A stretch of 64,000 nucleotides of DNA, taken from NCBI RefSeq assembly GCF_030684315.1, contig NC_081377.1:22630001-22694000 (forward strand). Reading direction: 5' to 3'. Made by a program: the position numbers and the translations under genes. Below are positions 25,660 through 39,026 of the stretch, piece by piece (position 1 is the stretch's first letter; every line of letters begins with the position of its first letter). Source of the stretch: Stegostoma tigrinum. Taxonomy: Eukaryota. The notes beneath the pieces are model-generated. The model was given only the letters and a program-made list of their open reading frames with translations. It was not told the origin of the DNA and searched no databases.

Positions 25660-26830
25660 AGTCAGCATTCAATGCCCCATCCATAACTGCCCTGGAGAAG
25701 GTGATGCTGAGCTGCCTTCATGAACTGCTATAGCCCATGGGTGTAGGGCAACCACAGTGCTGTTGAAGGAAGGGAATTTAGGATTTTGACCTAGCAACAG
25801 TAAAGTGATATAGTTAAAAGTCAGGATGGTGTACAGCTTGGAAAGAATTGCTGATGCTCACTTTTGTCTGCTGCCTATGTCCTTCTGAATGGCTGTCATC
25901 ATGGGTTTAGAAGGTGTTAGTGCAGGAGTATATCAAGTTAGTGGATAAGCTGTCAATCACGCTGACTGTTGGTATTGAGCTTCTCAAATGTTATTGGACC
26001 TACTATCATCCAGGCAAGCATACTGTAGTCCATTAAATTCCTAATTTGCACCTTGTAGACAGAGGACAGATTTTGGAGAGCCAGGTTGTTGTTATATGCC
26101 AGAGTTCTGAACTTCCAATTTGCCTTAATAGTCAAAGTATTTATATAGGTCTGATACAATTCAGTTCCTGGTTAATGGTAAGCCCAGAACTGCTGACAGT
26201 GGGGGATTCTGGAATTACATTGCCATTAAAAATCAAGGAAACAGTCAGATTTCCTCACGGCAGTATCAATTTCTGAGGACTTGTGATCAAAGTCTTCAAG
26301 ATATAAACAGGAAAAGACAGGGTCAATGAAACTGTTTCCATGGAGTAGGAATTCTGAAACAAAGGGGCATTTTGGGAATTAAGCACAGACCATTCAGAGT
26401 TGTTAGAAGGCAATACTATACAAAGATTAGATGTTTTGAACTGTTGTGGTCTTCTGGCTCTCTCCGTCTGTCCCTCTCACACTGTCCTGCTCTCTCTGTC
26501 CTGCGATCCATCACAAATAGATCAGTTGTTAATTTTAAACCTGAGATAGTTTTTTTTAATTAAGTGAAGGTATTAAGGGATATGAGCCAAAGTCAGGTAT
26601 ATCAAGTTGAATCACAGACCAGCCAAGATATCACTGCATGACAGAATAGGCTTGAGAAGGTGTATGGCCTACTCCCATTCCTATGGATCATGAATGGCAC
26701 TGAACGTTGTGCAATCATCAGCAAATATGTCCGAACTTATGATGGAAGGAAGATACTGATGAAACAGTTGACGATTGTTGTGGCAAGGGCACTATCTAGA
26801 GGAAGCTGTGCAGAGATGTCCTGAGCCTGA
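25660..26830 (-). mobile_element. Older copy of the 4075-5275 LINE, interrupted at about 26275-26690 by a plus-strand CR1 3' fragment
   Basis: Collinear similarity with 4130-5050 on both sides of the insert. Confidence 0.7.
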
Positions 26831-27029
26831 GAGATTTCTAATTATGTTACTTTTTAAAAAAAAGTGAAGGAGGAGAAAAAAAATCTTCCTGTGTTAACAG
26901 TTCTACAAGTATTATTAGTGTTTGGCACTTGAGACTTTTCAGCTCATGAAAGCAAGGGATGCTCACGCCATCGATCTCCACTGGCAAACTATTTCCTAAA
27001 CACTGACTCCATCCAACTCCATTAAAACT

Positions 27030-27500
27030 ACCTGAAACTGAAAAACACCATCTTGTAATCTAAACTGACATCAAGACGAGCTTCCGACCACATATCCTTT
27101 CCATCAACAAAACTAACTCTTCCACCTTGCATAAAATAAAATCTCTACTGTATTCTAGTCTGAACCAACTCATTTCCATCCATCAAATTGCACTTAGTGA
27201 CCTACCTTGGCATCTGATCCAACTATGTTTTGTTTTAACGTTCACATCCTTGTTTTCAAATCCGTCATGGCCTCTCCCCCTGCATATCTCGAATCTCCTC
27301 CAAACCTGCAAGAATTCTATATGCAAATCTGGGCTGTTGTGCATCTCAGCTTTTAGTCACACCATCACTGGTGTTGTGCCTACATCTGCCTCAGTCTCAG
27401 CTCTGGAATTCCCTACCTAAGCTTTTCTCCCTCTCTCCCATTAATGATGCCAATTAAATTCTTCCTTTTTGAACAAACTTTTGATTATTTGCCCAAAAAG
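27030..27500 (+). mobile_element. L2-like LINE 3' remnant
   Basis: CTCTGGAATTCCCTACCT...TTTGAACAAACTTTTG L2-type 3' motifs. Confidence 0.5.
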
Positions 27501-27516
27501 CATCTTGTGACTGTGT

Positions 27517-27679
27517 AAAAACTGAAAGAACTGCAGATGCTGTAAATCAGTAACAAAAACACAGTTGCTTGAAAAGCTCAGCAGGTCAGAGAAAGGGTCA
27601 CTGGACCTGAAACATTAAATCTTTTTTCCTTCACAGATATGCCTTACCTGCTGAGCTTTTCCAGCAACTTTGTATTTGT
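27517..27679. mobile_element. Palindromic short Penelope-terminus element (related subfamily)
   Basis: AGTTGCTTGAAAAGCTCAGCAGGT ... ACCTGCTGAGCTTTTCCAGCAACT arms; GAACTGCAGATGCTG family motif; TCTTRTGACTGTGT direct repeats. Confidence 0.75.
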
Positions 27680-28910
27680 TCTTATGACTGTGTGTCTATC
27701 TTTGTTTGGCAAAACTGCTGCGAAAGACACTGTTATTTGTGGTTCTAGATAATTGCAATATATTGATGCTGCTCAAGAATGAAATGCTTTCCATTTCAGA
27801 TACAAGCTCAGAAGAGGAGTGAAGCTTTTCCTACCCAATTCCAGCAGATAACGGTTTCAGCTTGATATAAAATACCTGTATTCAAATAAATTCACTTTTC
27901 CTCAACATGGCAGTTTGCAAAAAAAAAATCTGCCAAGCAGGAGGCAAAGTGTGTTAGAAATTCCAAAGCATCTTGTTTACTGCCAAGTACCTAAGACTTT
28001 GGAGTCTTCCAATTTGTTCACAAGGATACTAGTGATTTACATATTTTCAAGATTGTATACTGCTGAAAGGTTCTCCTTGATCAAAGTTGTAAGATATATC
28101 ACACAATGGATGCAAAGTTCAATTACAGTGAACTTCCATATGCCAGAACTGGAGGATTTGATTGAATATTAAAGGAAATAACAACGTATTATTTTAAAAA
28201 AAATTAACATAAACAATCCACATATCAAAATGACGTACAAATTTTATGAAGACTTACGATTTTATTTCTCAAATTGAAGTGGTTAAATTTATGGATAACT
28301 CTCACATGACACATTCTTGTCAGAAAAACATACGCAGGATACGTTTCCCGTGTGTTAGCAGGCTTCCATTAATTTGCATTTGAGCCTTGCTATTAATACC
28401 AAGTTCCTGAAAAGGTGTCGTGGTGGTGGTGGTAAAGGGTGAGGACAGGTATAGGATGTGGAAGGCGCCACAAAAAAATTCAATAAAAGGACAACCTGCT
28501 TTTTAAAAACCGACCTTAAGAGTTGCCAGACGACGTTAGTTAACGTAGGAACACGCAGCAGTAAACTGATACACAACATGATCCCACAACCAGGAGAAGG
28601 AAGGAGCAGCTAACTAATGATGTCCGGGTCGGGAGAATTCAATGCGGTTTGAACACTGAATATTTCGCTTTCCACCGACCACCCCCCAGAAACAGCCAAA
28701 CGAGGCCTGAATTCAACAAGGCACCAGACTGTAAGCAAAAGCAAGCTCAAGACCCAAGGCAGTACACGTGATGGCAAAATCGGCGCTAGGCCAGACATTT
28801 AATGCGAGCTCTTCAATCATCAGAACAACTTTCGTTTGGAGGTGGGTACCGATCGATGAAGCGCTGTGCCATGAGCCAACATACACAACCTTCACCATGT
28901 TTTCACTCAC

Positions 28911-28995
28911 CTGCAACCCCCACCTCCCCCAAACGACAGCCGGGTTACAATGACCTCTCACCCCGACCCTCGCCACGCCCTCTCTGCGTTTGCCG
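28911..28995 (-). other. NCDN: Probable non-coding first exon of NCDN (5' end uncertain)
   Basis: Perfect donor CAG|GTGAGT at 28911/28910 on the minus strand inside the CpG island, just downstream of a CCAAT box near 29005. Confidence 0.55.
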
Positions 28996-29040
28996 CGGTC
29001 CCGACCAATACAAACACAACGCATCCCCGAGCAACTGTCG

Positions 29041-29175
29041 ATAGATAACAAGGTGAAGAGCTGGCTGAGCACGGCAGGCCAAGCAAGGTCTAGGCCCCTC
29101 TGATGCTGCTTGTGTTCATCCAGCTCTACACCTTGTTATCTCAGATTCTCCAACATCGGCAGTTCCTCTCTCCCA
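29041..29175. mobile_element. Palindromic short Penelope-terminus element in the promoter
   Basis: GATAACAAGGTGAAGAGCTGG ... CCAGCTCTACACCTTGTTATC inverted arms; flanked by AGCAACTGTCG direct repeat. Confidence 0.8.
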
Positions 29176-32159
29176 AGCAACTGTCGCTAGGCGCCTGGAG
29201 GACCAATCAGGAGCGAGGCCCCGCCTCCATCCTGTCGGAGTGTCACGTGGGTTTCCCTCCATCCTGACATTGCTGTCGGAGTTCCCAAATCGAACGCACT
29301 GCGGCGCTGGAGATTCTGATTATCCACGGCGTCTGCAACTGAAATATTGTCTCTTTGCACCTGGAAATGCAAATTCTTCGCTCCTGAAGTAGTCAAATGG
29401 TTCGTTTTGTATCAGCTGCCATAATTCCTGACATCGGGTTGGTTCGGAACCAGAGTTCTCGGTTTTTGTTTCCGCGGGACCGCTTCCCCCGGACACCTGT
29501 TTATGTGCGGACGCATCTCGTCCTCTCACGGGGTTTCTGTGTGTGAAGAAGGGATTGATCGCACGTCAGCGGCTGTTTTCCTGGCTGTCTGTTAACTGCG
29601 GGATTGTCGATTTGGGCCACTGATGGGCGGAAATGATTTATTGTTTAAAAAATTGTGATGGGGGAGTGAAAATGTCGATCAGCGGAAGTGACGAAAGGTG
29701 TGTTTGAGAAGCTCGAGTGTAGGAGACACTGTCACAGGGAACCGGGATAGAAGTAGGGGGAAGACCCGGGGAAAGAGAAAAGGAGAGCCGTGGCGGGGGA
29801 GAGAGAGAGAGAGAGGAGACCGAGACCCGGGGGTTGAGGGAGACCCTAGGGAAAAAGAAGACAGACCGGTGGAGAGCGAGAGGAGAGAGACCTGGGGGGA
29901 GAGGGAAGGAAAGAGCAGCTGGGGCAGAGGTTGGTAGTGGTGCTAGAGGGTAGATACACTTGGGGGGAGGGAGGTGGAAGGCTGGGAGACCTGGTCGAGG
30001 ATCAGAGGACACTGGAGAGGGGAGGACTGTAGTGAGCGAAAAGTCTGGGGACAGAAGTGTGCAAGAATCCCTGAACTGTGAGCTCAGGGTCGGGATCCAG
30101 GTTAGGACCACTTCCCAGGTCGTAAACCGCATAAATGTGCCGACCTGACTGGGATGGATATCGTTCTGGCAAGGCAGAAGCTGAAACAGTGTTTGTGGAG
30201 CCCGAACAGCAGGTGCCCCAACTCATACCGACGCGTCTTGTTTGTTTTAAAGATATTCTTTTCATACACATCAGAAGCACCAGGCTGAAGGTCTCTCACT
30301 TTACTGACGAATTGATAAACTCGCCCTCCTTTAGTTGGAATTGGCCATATGGTAAATGGGGATTTCTTCCGATTTCAGCTGGAAGTTGATAGCGACCAAA
30401 TAAGACTTGCAGTTGCAAAGTGTCAAGATAATTTACTGGGTTTGTTTGCGTTGTGACAATAGAATCAGATAGTTGTAACTTAAATCCTGAAATATTTGAG
30501 AAGCGTTGGGCGCTTTTAAGTTTGCCCGGTATTGTAGGGTGTATGCAATTACCAGGTGACGAAATATCTTGTATAAACTACATGCGATGACACATGGTTT
30601 TTATCTTTTGAAAATGTACCGCGTTTCATTTCCACATAAATTCCATTGATATTTGCTATGGTGAATGTTGGCCGACCCGATCTACAAGCAGTTCTCGTGT
30701 TTTTGAGTGGCGTTGTTTGTTAAACAGCCGCATCTTTTGTATGAAATAGGCAGCAGTTATGACAAAGTAATACTCTTTCTAATGGATTAGAAGATGAGGA
30801 TGAATGAATTACTGATATTCTGAAGTGACATATAAATTTGCAGCGTCTGACAGAGGCGAGATGACATGAGGCAATGTCATCATATATGTATGACAATATA
30901 AGGTTTTTAAAATTAAACCTGATTACATTGTGGTTCTTGCATAAGCGTTGTCAAGTTATTTTCAAACAGTTGATGGCCAAGATTTATTTGAAAGAGGCTT
31001 AGGTGATTTCCTCAGTTTATCTATAGTTTGAATGGATGAAAAATGTAAAGTAGCAGTTTGATGTAGATGTTTTGTATGAGGTCATGTTTAACTACTCAAT
31101 CAACAGAAAATGAGCTATCAACATGAATGTGAGTATCAATTCCTTTAGCAATTCTGCAAAGGATTACAGACGGAAGGCAAAGAGCACTTTGCGTCATAGT
31201 TAACTACTTTAAATTGTTTTGATATACAACATTTTACAATGTCTCAAAGTAGGTGATACAAACCACTTAAAATTATTGATGACATTATTATACTTTGTTG
31301 ACTTTTTGTGAAGCAAACCAGTAACAGAGGGCTTGATCAATGATGAGGTTCAGTCATGAACAGAAAGTCTTTAATAGTTATGTTTGGTAGTTAATTGGAA
31401 GTACCATGTGTGTACGCTTGGCAAGTTTTAACAGTATTGTATATAAATAAATATCGAATAAATGTTTAACTTGAATGCTAATTTGTACACTGAGTGGTTA
31501 GCATTTATTTTTCTGTTGACCTCTAATTCCATGTAAACAGCATTGGGAAATTCACTATGTCAGTGATCTAAGTGCAGTTTACTGCATTAATAAAATTTTT
31601 TAATCTTTAAATTGTAAAGATTGAAACTCTGAGCTTTTTGCATCATGTTTGTTTTCCTCTATGTGTTCATTGCTGCCGTAGGGTTGCATGTTATCCACAT
31701 AATGCACATATGAAAAAACGTATAAACCTGGCATATTAAAGTTTGAAACTTAAAATATATTGTAGATTGTCTGCAGCCCTAACTCTTTCTGATTTGGTAA
31801 CAGGTTAAGTTTCACTACTTTTCACTAAATTTCAGTGCAAGTGTAAAAGTGGCTGAAGTTTAACTCAGTTCGGCTAATTTTGAGTAGTCTGATGAAAGAG
31901 GATTTGGTATAGTACTTCCCGTGGCATTTGCAGTGTGAATTACAGTGAGGATTATAAGATTGTAGTGTTTTAAAACTGTAAGATACCCGAAAGGCATAAT
32001 ACTTTTGTAGCACAGCGCATTAACTCTTAATGCCTACAAAAATATGATCTATTTCAGCCTGTCAAACCCTCCAGTAAGATATACCAAATGAATGTTAGAT
32101 GCTTCCTTCTGAACTGCTGCTTTGTCAGAGAAATAAAAAGCAATTTTTAAAAATTATTA

Positions 32160-32490
32160 TTATAGGATGAGGGTGTCGCTGCCTAAGCCAGCACTTATTG
32201 CCACCCCTAATTACCCAGAGGACAGTTGAGAGTCGGCCACATTGCCGTGGGTCTGGAGTCACATATAGGACAGAACAGACAGTTTCCTTCCCTCAAGTAC
32301 ATTAGGTAATCAGATGGGTTTTTCTGACAATTGACAATGGAACAGCGGTCATCATTAGACTCTTCAATAGAAAAAGAAATCTAAAACTAATATGAATTCT
32401 GCCATCTGTCATGTTGGGATTCAGACTTGGGTCCCCTCGGGTCTCTGCATTAATTGCCGCACAATAACACCAGTAGGCCACCACCTCCAC
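32160..32490 (-). mobile_element. Same SINE family as 62876-63222
   Basis: Reverse-complement similarity (GTGGGTCTGGAGTCACAT, TTCTGCCATCTGTCATG). Confidence 0.8.
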
Positions 32491-33394
32491 GATATGTCAT
32501 GTTAATTACGTGTCATTTTCTCGTAATCACTTCCAGCAAAATTAAAACTAAATGGAGAGCAAGATGTTTAAGGTAGGAACTGGCTTTTTGATTGGAATCT
32601 CCTGGTGTGAAAGAAAGAGTTCTCAACATGGATTCAATGAACATCTCTTGAAATAATGAACCAAATTTGAGTACATTGAAGTATATTGGCATATATTTTA
32701 AGATTTTTTTGTTTCTCAATTCCAGTACACTATTTCCATGGTAAATTCAAAACAGTAGGTGGTTCAATTAATAATTGTATCACAAGACAGAAACATATAT
32801 GGTGCATTTAGAATTGTTGGGAGTGAACGCATTGTACTGTAGTTTTGTCATTCATCTTCAAGTACAAAACTCGTGAGTCAGACCCCTAAGGTTAAGCCTG
32901 CATCATTTGACCTTTTATAAATAAATTAACATTTTCAGTACTTAATAATTGGAAAAAATTACGTTGGCATTATTCGATGAGTCATAGAATATATCATTGG
33001 TACACTTTGTCATCATTGGTTTATTAGTTAACTAATAATGCTGAAATTACAGATGTTAAAGACTGAGAGGATGCACTGATGCTAAGATTATGCAGAAGCA
33101 CTGTTAGGTGAAGTAAAATGAGGCAAAATAGAGCTTCAGTGGTAATCATGTAATCCATTTGACGGATCTGGTCATGCATTGCTCTCCATCCTGATCTTAG
33201 CTGCAGGCAAAATACATTTACCAAAAAGATGAATAAGGCCACTTCATGAATTTCATTTGTTCATTATGTTCTGAATAATATTGTTCTGGTAACTCTGTTT
33301 CAAGAATGGAGGCATGTTGGAATTAATACATGTAGGTTAATAAACTGAGTTTGAACTGCTGGTAGTTATGTGAATAGAAGGGGGGAGAAAAAAA

Positions 33395-33730
33395 GCAAAA
33401 ATTGCACCTTTTTGCATGACAACAGAATTTCCCAAAGAGCATTTGCCATCTGTCAAATACTTTTTAAAGTACCAATCCTCATTACAATATAGGAGATATA
33501 GCAGCCAATTTGCACATACTAAGCTCCCCAACCAGCAATATCATAACTGGGAAATTTGTTTTAATGATGATGATTAAAAAAATAGGCAGAACATTTTGGA
33601 TATGTTTTCAACATTCTCTTTATGGGACAAATGCTTTCTTGGTTTATCATTTTGTCTAAAAGATGGCATCTTCACCAGTCCAGCACTCCACCCCCAGCCT
33701 TGTGACATGATTCAGCCACAGCTGACACAC
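33395..33730 (-). mobile_element. Ancient DeuSINE-like (SacSINE1-like) SINE remnant; similar copy about 44090-44440
   Basis: GCAGCCAATTTGCACATACTAAGCTCCCCAACCAGCAAT resembles the reverse complement of the Deu domain; assignment from recall. Confidence 0.5.
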
Positions 33731-34602
33731 ATTCTTAATATGTTTTAATTAACTGTGAGGCTTTCAAGTGGAGTTGTTTTTTTTATTGTCCAAGATATCA
33801 TGACTCAAACTACATCTGCAACAGTTGTTCTCTCATAATGAATAGAATATTCTCGCACTGAATGCAGCTTCTTTATTATCTATTTTTGTGACTGAAATTT
33901 ATAATATTCAAACTAAGGGTGTAGAATTTATAGTAAAAGGATTTTGTTTGCCTGGAGCTGTATTTCAATGAACTAAAGTGAGATTGTGTAGCCTGTGCAG
34001 AGGGTCCAGTTACTGCTGATGGTTGTTTTACACTGAATGGTTGTTATCAAACTGAACCTCAGGAAAGAAACTTCAATGTCCCTTACTCACCAACAGGTAG
34101 CGGAACGATGAAAGCTGTAATGTAATGGAAAAATTAGAAATCACTTTCTTTCTTTTATTTAATAATTTCTGTTGTGGAGACAATTAGGGAAAATGCAGCC
34201 ATATGATCATTCCAAAGTAATTAGAGCTGGACAGTGAACGACTTCTAATCAAAAAATGTGAATGCAAAAAAGTGTTGTTTCATGATAATCTTTACAGATT
34301 TTTTTTTGCAAATATAGAAAGGTTTCCTGAAAAAAAAGGAATTTTAAAAAGGATTGGAAGGTTTTAATTGTTTACTGTCAACTTTACTCATTCAGTGAAA
34401 TGGTGTTACTTCTTTTTGAAGGATTTTTTTGAAAAAAAAAACAAGAAGTAAAACCTCGATAGGGATTCCTCAATTTTGGGATGCCCCATAGTGCTTGAGA
34501 GCCATTAAAATGCTTGGAACTGTCATCAAAATTATAAGAAGCAGAACAACCAAGCTGGACAGAGCAAAGTTTACAAATGGCACACAGGTAAATGGCTTTT
34601 GC

Positions 34603-34747
34603 AGAGATAATGGGAACTGCAGATGCTGAAGAATCCAAGATAACAAAATGTGGGGCTGGATGAACACAGCAGGCCAAGCAGCATCTTTGGAGCACAAAAG
34701 CTGATGTTTCAGGCCTAGACCGTTCATCAGAAAAATTCTTTTTCTGA
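34603..34747 (-). mobile_element. Short Penelope-terminus element with hammerhead core and fold-back stub
   Basis: Near-identical to 14293-14420; ends CATCAGAAAAA-TTC-TTTTTCTGATG. Confidence 0.85.
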
Positions 34748-34909
34748 TGCAAGAGTTCCAACTGCCAGTCTGTTACCTTTCATTTGCACTGTAAATGTAT
34801 TCAGATTCTTTATGATCAGAGCCAATTTTAAACATTGTTCATTTGCGCAGCTGATTTCCAAGCTTTGTCAATCGTCATACATTGCAGAGACTGCACATAT
34901 GAAGTGTAG

Positions 34910-36890
34910 AGTCATTGCCATGAGGTACCGAACAGGCCCTTCAGCCCATCGAGGCTGCACTGATTCTTAAAAACAAGATCACCTGTCTTCAATAATTCCA
35001 CTTTCCCGCATTTGACCCATAGTCTTGAATGTTATGAAATTAAATGCTCATCCACGTATCTTTTTAAAGCCTGATGTTTTGTGCCTTCACTGATCTCACA
35101 TGCAGTGTATTCCAAATTGCAACCATTCACTGGGTGTAAATGTTTTCCTCAAATCCCCTCTATTCCTCATGCCCTTCACCTAAAAGTATGCCTCCTCATT
35201 GTTGACACATCAACGAAAGGGTTCAGCTGGTTTCATCCATTCTGTCCATGTCCATCACAATCTTATACATGTCATCAGGTCACATCTCAACCTTCTTTCC
35301 TTTTAAAGAAAACAACCTGAATCTATTCAGCCTCACTTCATTGCTAAACGAGCCCAACATCGGCAAAGCCCTGGTGAATCGCCTCTGCATTCTCTTTAGT
35401 GGAATCATTTTCTTTCTTGGCAGTGGTGACCGGATCTGTCCGGAGGACTGCAGCTGTATCCTAAGCCATGTTTTATTTAGCTTGATCAGTCATGGCGTAG
35501 ATTATAAGAACACAGGGTTTATATTAGAGCTAAATGTCCCACATAGCTTCTTAATCACCCTATTAATCTGCCTTGCTGCCTTCAGGGATCTGTGGATGAC
35601 CACCCTAAGACCGTCATAGTACCCTGCCGTTCATTGAATACTCTCTTGTCCTGTTACTTTCAAAGTACATCATCTCACACTTAAACTGCCATTAATCTAC
35701 CAATCTGAATAATCCATCTCTATCTTCCTGTCACCCAAGATCTCCTTCCTCAACTTGAAAGAGGGAAGAGTGGTCTTAGACCGTTATTTCAAACATTTAA
35801 AAAAAAATTATGATAGTAGAAATGCATTACTAGTTGAAGTGAATTTACAAATGAGAATAAATCTGAGAAATCAAAGAGATCTGAGATGCAAAAGGGATTT
35901 TGGTAGCCTAGTATATAAATTTCAAAGGATTATTCAAGTACAGTGAGTAATTAAGAACATTTAAGAATGTTGTGGTTTATTATGACGGTAATTGAAGAGC
36001 AAATTGGGCAGGTGATACTTCAGTTATACAGGGCTTTGATGAGAACATATCTGGAGTACAATGTACACGATTGGCCTCCTTTATTAAGGAAGAATAGAGA
36101 TATGATGGAAGCACTTCAGAGAAAAGTTCACTAAACTAATATCTAGAGTGGGTGAGTTGTCTTGAGGAAAACTTTGAAAGACTCGTGTGTGGCTGCTGGA
36201 GTAAGAGGTGATGATTGAAACAGGCAAAATCCTGAGGATATGTTGATAGGGATTAACGTGCAAAGGATGTTTCCTCTTGTGGGACAATATAGAACTAAGG
36301 GACACCGTTTTAAACGTTAGGGGTTGCCCCTTTTAAGGCAGAGATGAGGAAGCTTATTTTTGGGAGTCACAAGTCCTGGATTCATTCAGCATGGATACAG
36401 ACCCTTCAGTTCAACTTGTCCACGCTGACAAGACATGCCAATATAGCCTAATTCCATTTGCTAGCATTTGGCTGTATCCTGTTAAACTCTTCATGTTCAT
36501 ATACCCATCCAAATGCTTTTTAAACATTGTAATTGTACCCACCTCCAACATTTCCTCGGGCAGCTTCTTCCACATATATTCCCTGTGTGAAAATGTTGCC
36601 CCCCTGTCCCTTTTAAATCTTTCCCCTCTCACTTTCACCCTATGCCGTCTAGTTTCGGACTCCACCACCCTTGGAACAAGACCTTTACTATTAACCTAAC
36701 CTGTGCTCTTCATGACCTTTATAAACCTCTATAAGGTCACTTCTCAGCTTTCAATGTCCCAGGCAGTTCAGCCTGTCCTGGCAACATGCTTGTAAATCTT
36801 TTCTGCACCCTCTCAAGTTTCACAACATCCTTCCGATACAAGGACCAGAACTGCACACAGTATTCTAATAGAGGCCTGACCAATGGAGAC
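34910..36890. mobile_element. Cluster of three CR1 LINE fragments (about 34910-35750 minus, 35820-36370 plus, 36375-36890 minus)
   Basis: TRRHRVKVRGERFKRD, LPEEMLEVGTITMFKKHLDGYM and CTGGAGTAC..TGT CR1 ORF2 C-terminal motifs. Confidence 0.8.
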
Positions 36891-38199
36891 AAGCATGACT
36901 AATACTTTCTTCACCTCCCTCTCTATTTGTGACTACTTTCAAAGAACCATGTGCAGAGGACACCACTTTAAGGTGATGGCAGAATAACTAATGGAAATGT
37001 TCATGCAGTTTGCAGTTTAAAAACGGAATTTTTTGCCTAGGAATGTGGTCGAGGCAGTTTCAAACATCCCAGCTAAAGAGAAAATTTGCAGGCTTCAGAA
37101 TGAAGAGTGGAACTCGCCAAGTTAATCTTGTGTTGGACATTGGGTAAATTATTAAACATCACGAGCATTACCTTAGTAAAACTTTTGAAAATGGCCTTTT
37201 CTCCTTTCAAATATTTAACTGCTAACAGCAGAAAGGTAGAAGAAAAACCTTCCTTTAAAGCTACTGGGTATTGATGCATCACACAAAGTTCAGATACACT
37301 GTAGCCCAAGCAAGAACAATCAAAATTCAACCTACAACACCATTCCAACAAACAACAATGATACACCTGTAGGCAGTACTTTGGGAGAAGCTGAGACCTT
37401 CGAGTAAAGCTATAATGCAGAAGAGATAACTCGAGTAATTTATGCGTTTAACTATACATTTTTTTCTCAATTGCTTTGGACATTGGAAAGTCAAAAAAAA
37501 AAATTCATGTCATTTGTCGGCAACCAGTGGTAAGGTTGTGCAAGCATGGGGCTAGATTGGGCAATTTGTCAGCTGTTCCTGTGGGTGTTTTCCATTTATA
37601 AATAAAGCTATGATAAATGAGAATTAGCAGTTTTCTGATTTGGAACAGTTTTCGAGAAACCATTTTTGGTTTATCCACACTGCTTGAGTTGATTTGTTCT
37701 AATGTGCAATTATACATGGCATTTACACGAGGAAATAAGAATCTAAAAGGCTAAAGGAATCTAACATTTAATCTTGCTTTTCTCAGTGGGTAGTAGATTT
37801 CCTTCAGGTTATCCAACAGAAAGAGATGACTTTCCTCCAAGTTTAACTGTGACCCCTTGGATATAGCTGTAAACACAGTTTCTGAAGACCCAACTGATGC
37901 TTTTCTTCTGATGTGGTTCTGACATTATTTCCACCATTCTATGATGGCTTTATAATCCTACTGCACCATTGAACTAAAAGTTCTTGTGTAATATTTGTGC
38001 AATCTTTCTCGTTATGCGAATTATTTTACTTTGTAGTTCCTCAAAAATTGTATACAATCAGTTAGTCTTAATGAGATTTTTGTTGTGAAATTAAATATTG
38101 TATCACCAAGATTTGCCAAACATAGTATAAAACTATTGCTACATTCACATTTGACTTTTTTTTTCTCTACAGGTGATTTTCTTCAATAATATTGTAGCC

Positions 38200-38341
38200 A
38201 TGGATAGGAGGTTGGAAAGTTTCCTTGTTCCTGTGACGTCTTCTGTAAAAATTGGAGTTTTGCTTCAGTGGACGTGCGTTTCAAATCTCAAGTTCCTGTT
38301 GTATGGCTGCTTTTGTCTGACCACATTGAATTCACTTACTA
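38200..38341 (+). CDS. KIAA0319L: KIAA0319-like protein (AAV receptor), first coding exon (exon starts 38173)
   Basis: Long T-tract ctacag| acceptor, GCCATGG Kozak, MDRRLESFLVP...FLLYGCFCLTTLNSLT (compare human MEKRL...CFC), A|GTAAGT donor phase 1. Confidence 0.85.
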
Positions 38342-38879
38342 GTAAGTTACATCATTCAATCAAATTGTCAGATTTAATTGCAATAGGGACACATTTCTAC
38401 AGAATTTAATTCAGTCTAGTTTGTACTGCATGAATTATTACACTTGGTAGCATTCAGTTATTTCCTTGCAGCTTTTATGTTCTTCAACCTGTGGTACCTA
38501 CTTTAATTATTTATACAGCCGGTTGCAGGATATTTGAAGAAAAAAATGCTATTGTGTTTGTAAGGAAAGGCTATGGAAAACAGTTGATAATAACGCCTAG
38601 GTGTCTTCATACTGGTCTTTATATTCAGTGCATCTGCTAGTTTCGTGCATATATTCATAATGAGCTGTTGATATCTTTCAGCATTTTTAATTGCTCAGAT
38701 ATTTGTGTTTATTCCTCATGTCTCAGCATTCCTTGAATTAAGGCAGTGCATTGTTGAACTGCTTCCAGCATTCTACCACTGCTGTTATGCTGCCCCACAG
38801 CTCTGTGAGCCAGTAAAGAAACTTGTTCAATGAAAGCACATTTGTAGTATACTGCACATGAAAAATTTAAAATGATTTT

Positions 38880-39026
38880 TAAGCGGCTATTAGATAGGCA
38901 GATGGATGATAGGATAAGGTAGAGGTGGAGGTTAGACAGACCTTAGGTTAAGGGTAAAAGTTGGGCACAACATCATGGGCCGAAGGGCCTGTACTGTGCT
39001 GTACTGTTCTGTGTTCTGTGTCCTAT
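38880..39026 (+). mobile_element. CR1 3' tail
   Basis: TGGGCCGAAGGGCCTGTACTGTGCTGTACTGTTCTGTGTTCT hairpin plus terminal microrepeat. Confidence 0.7.

Larger units (their letters stand above)
28600..29720. promoter_or_regulatory. Bidirectional CpG-island promoter NCDN / KIAA0319L
   Basis: CpG-rich stretch between divergent genes. CCAAT near 29005 and at 29203, GC box 29219-29228, E-box GTCACGTG 29242-29249, ETS/CRE-half site GCGGAAGTGACG 29682-29693. The pair is also head-to-head in human. Confidence 0.75.

Noticed and set aside
29187-30389. ORFs and candidate first exons of KIAA0319L (donors AAG|GTGTGT at 29697 and ATG|GTAAAT at 30350)
   Set aside because: Low-complexity GC/GA-rich sequence; the true non-coding exon cannot be chosen without transcript data.
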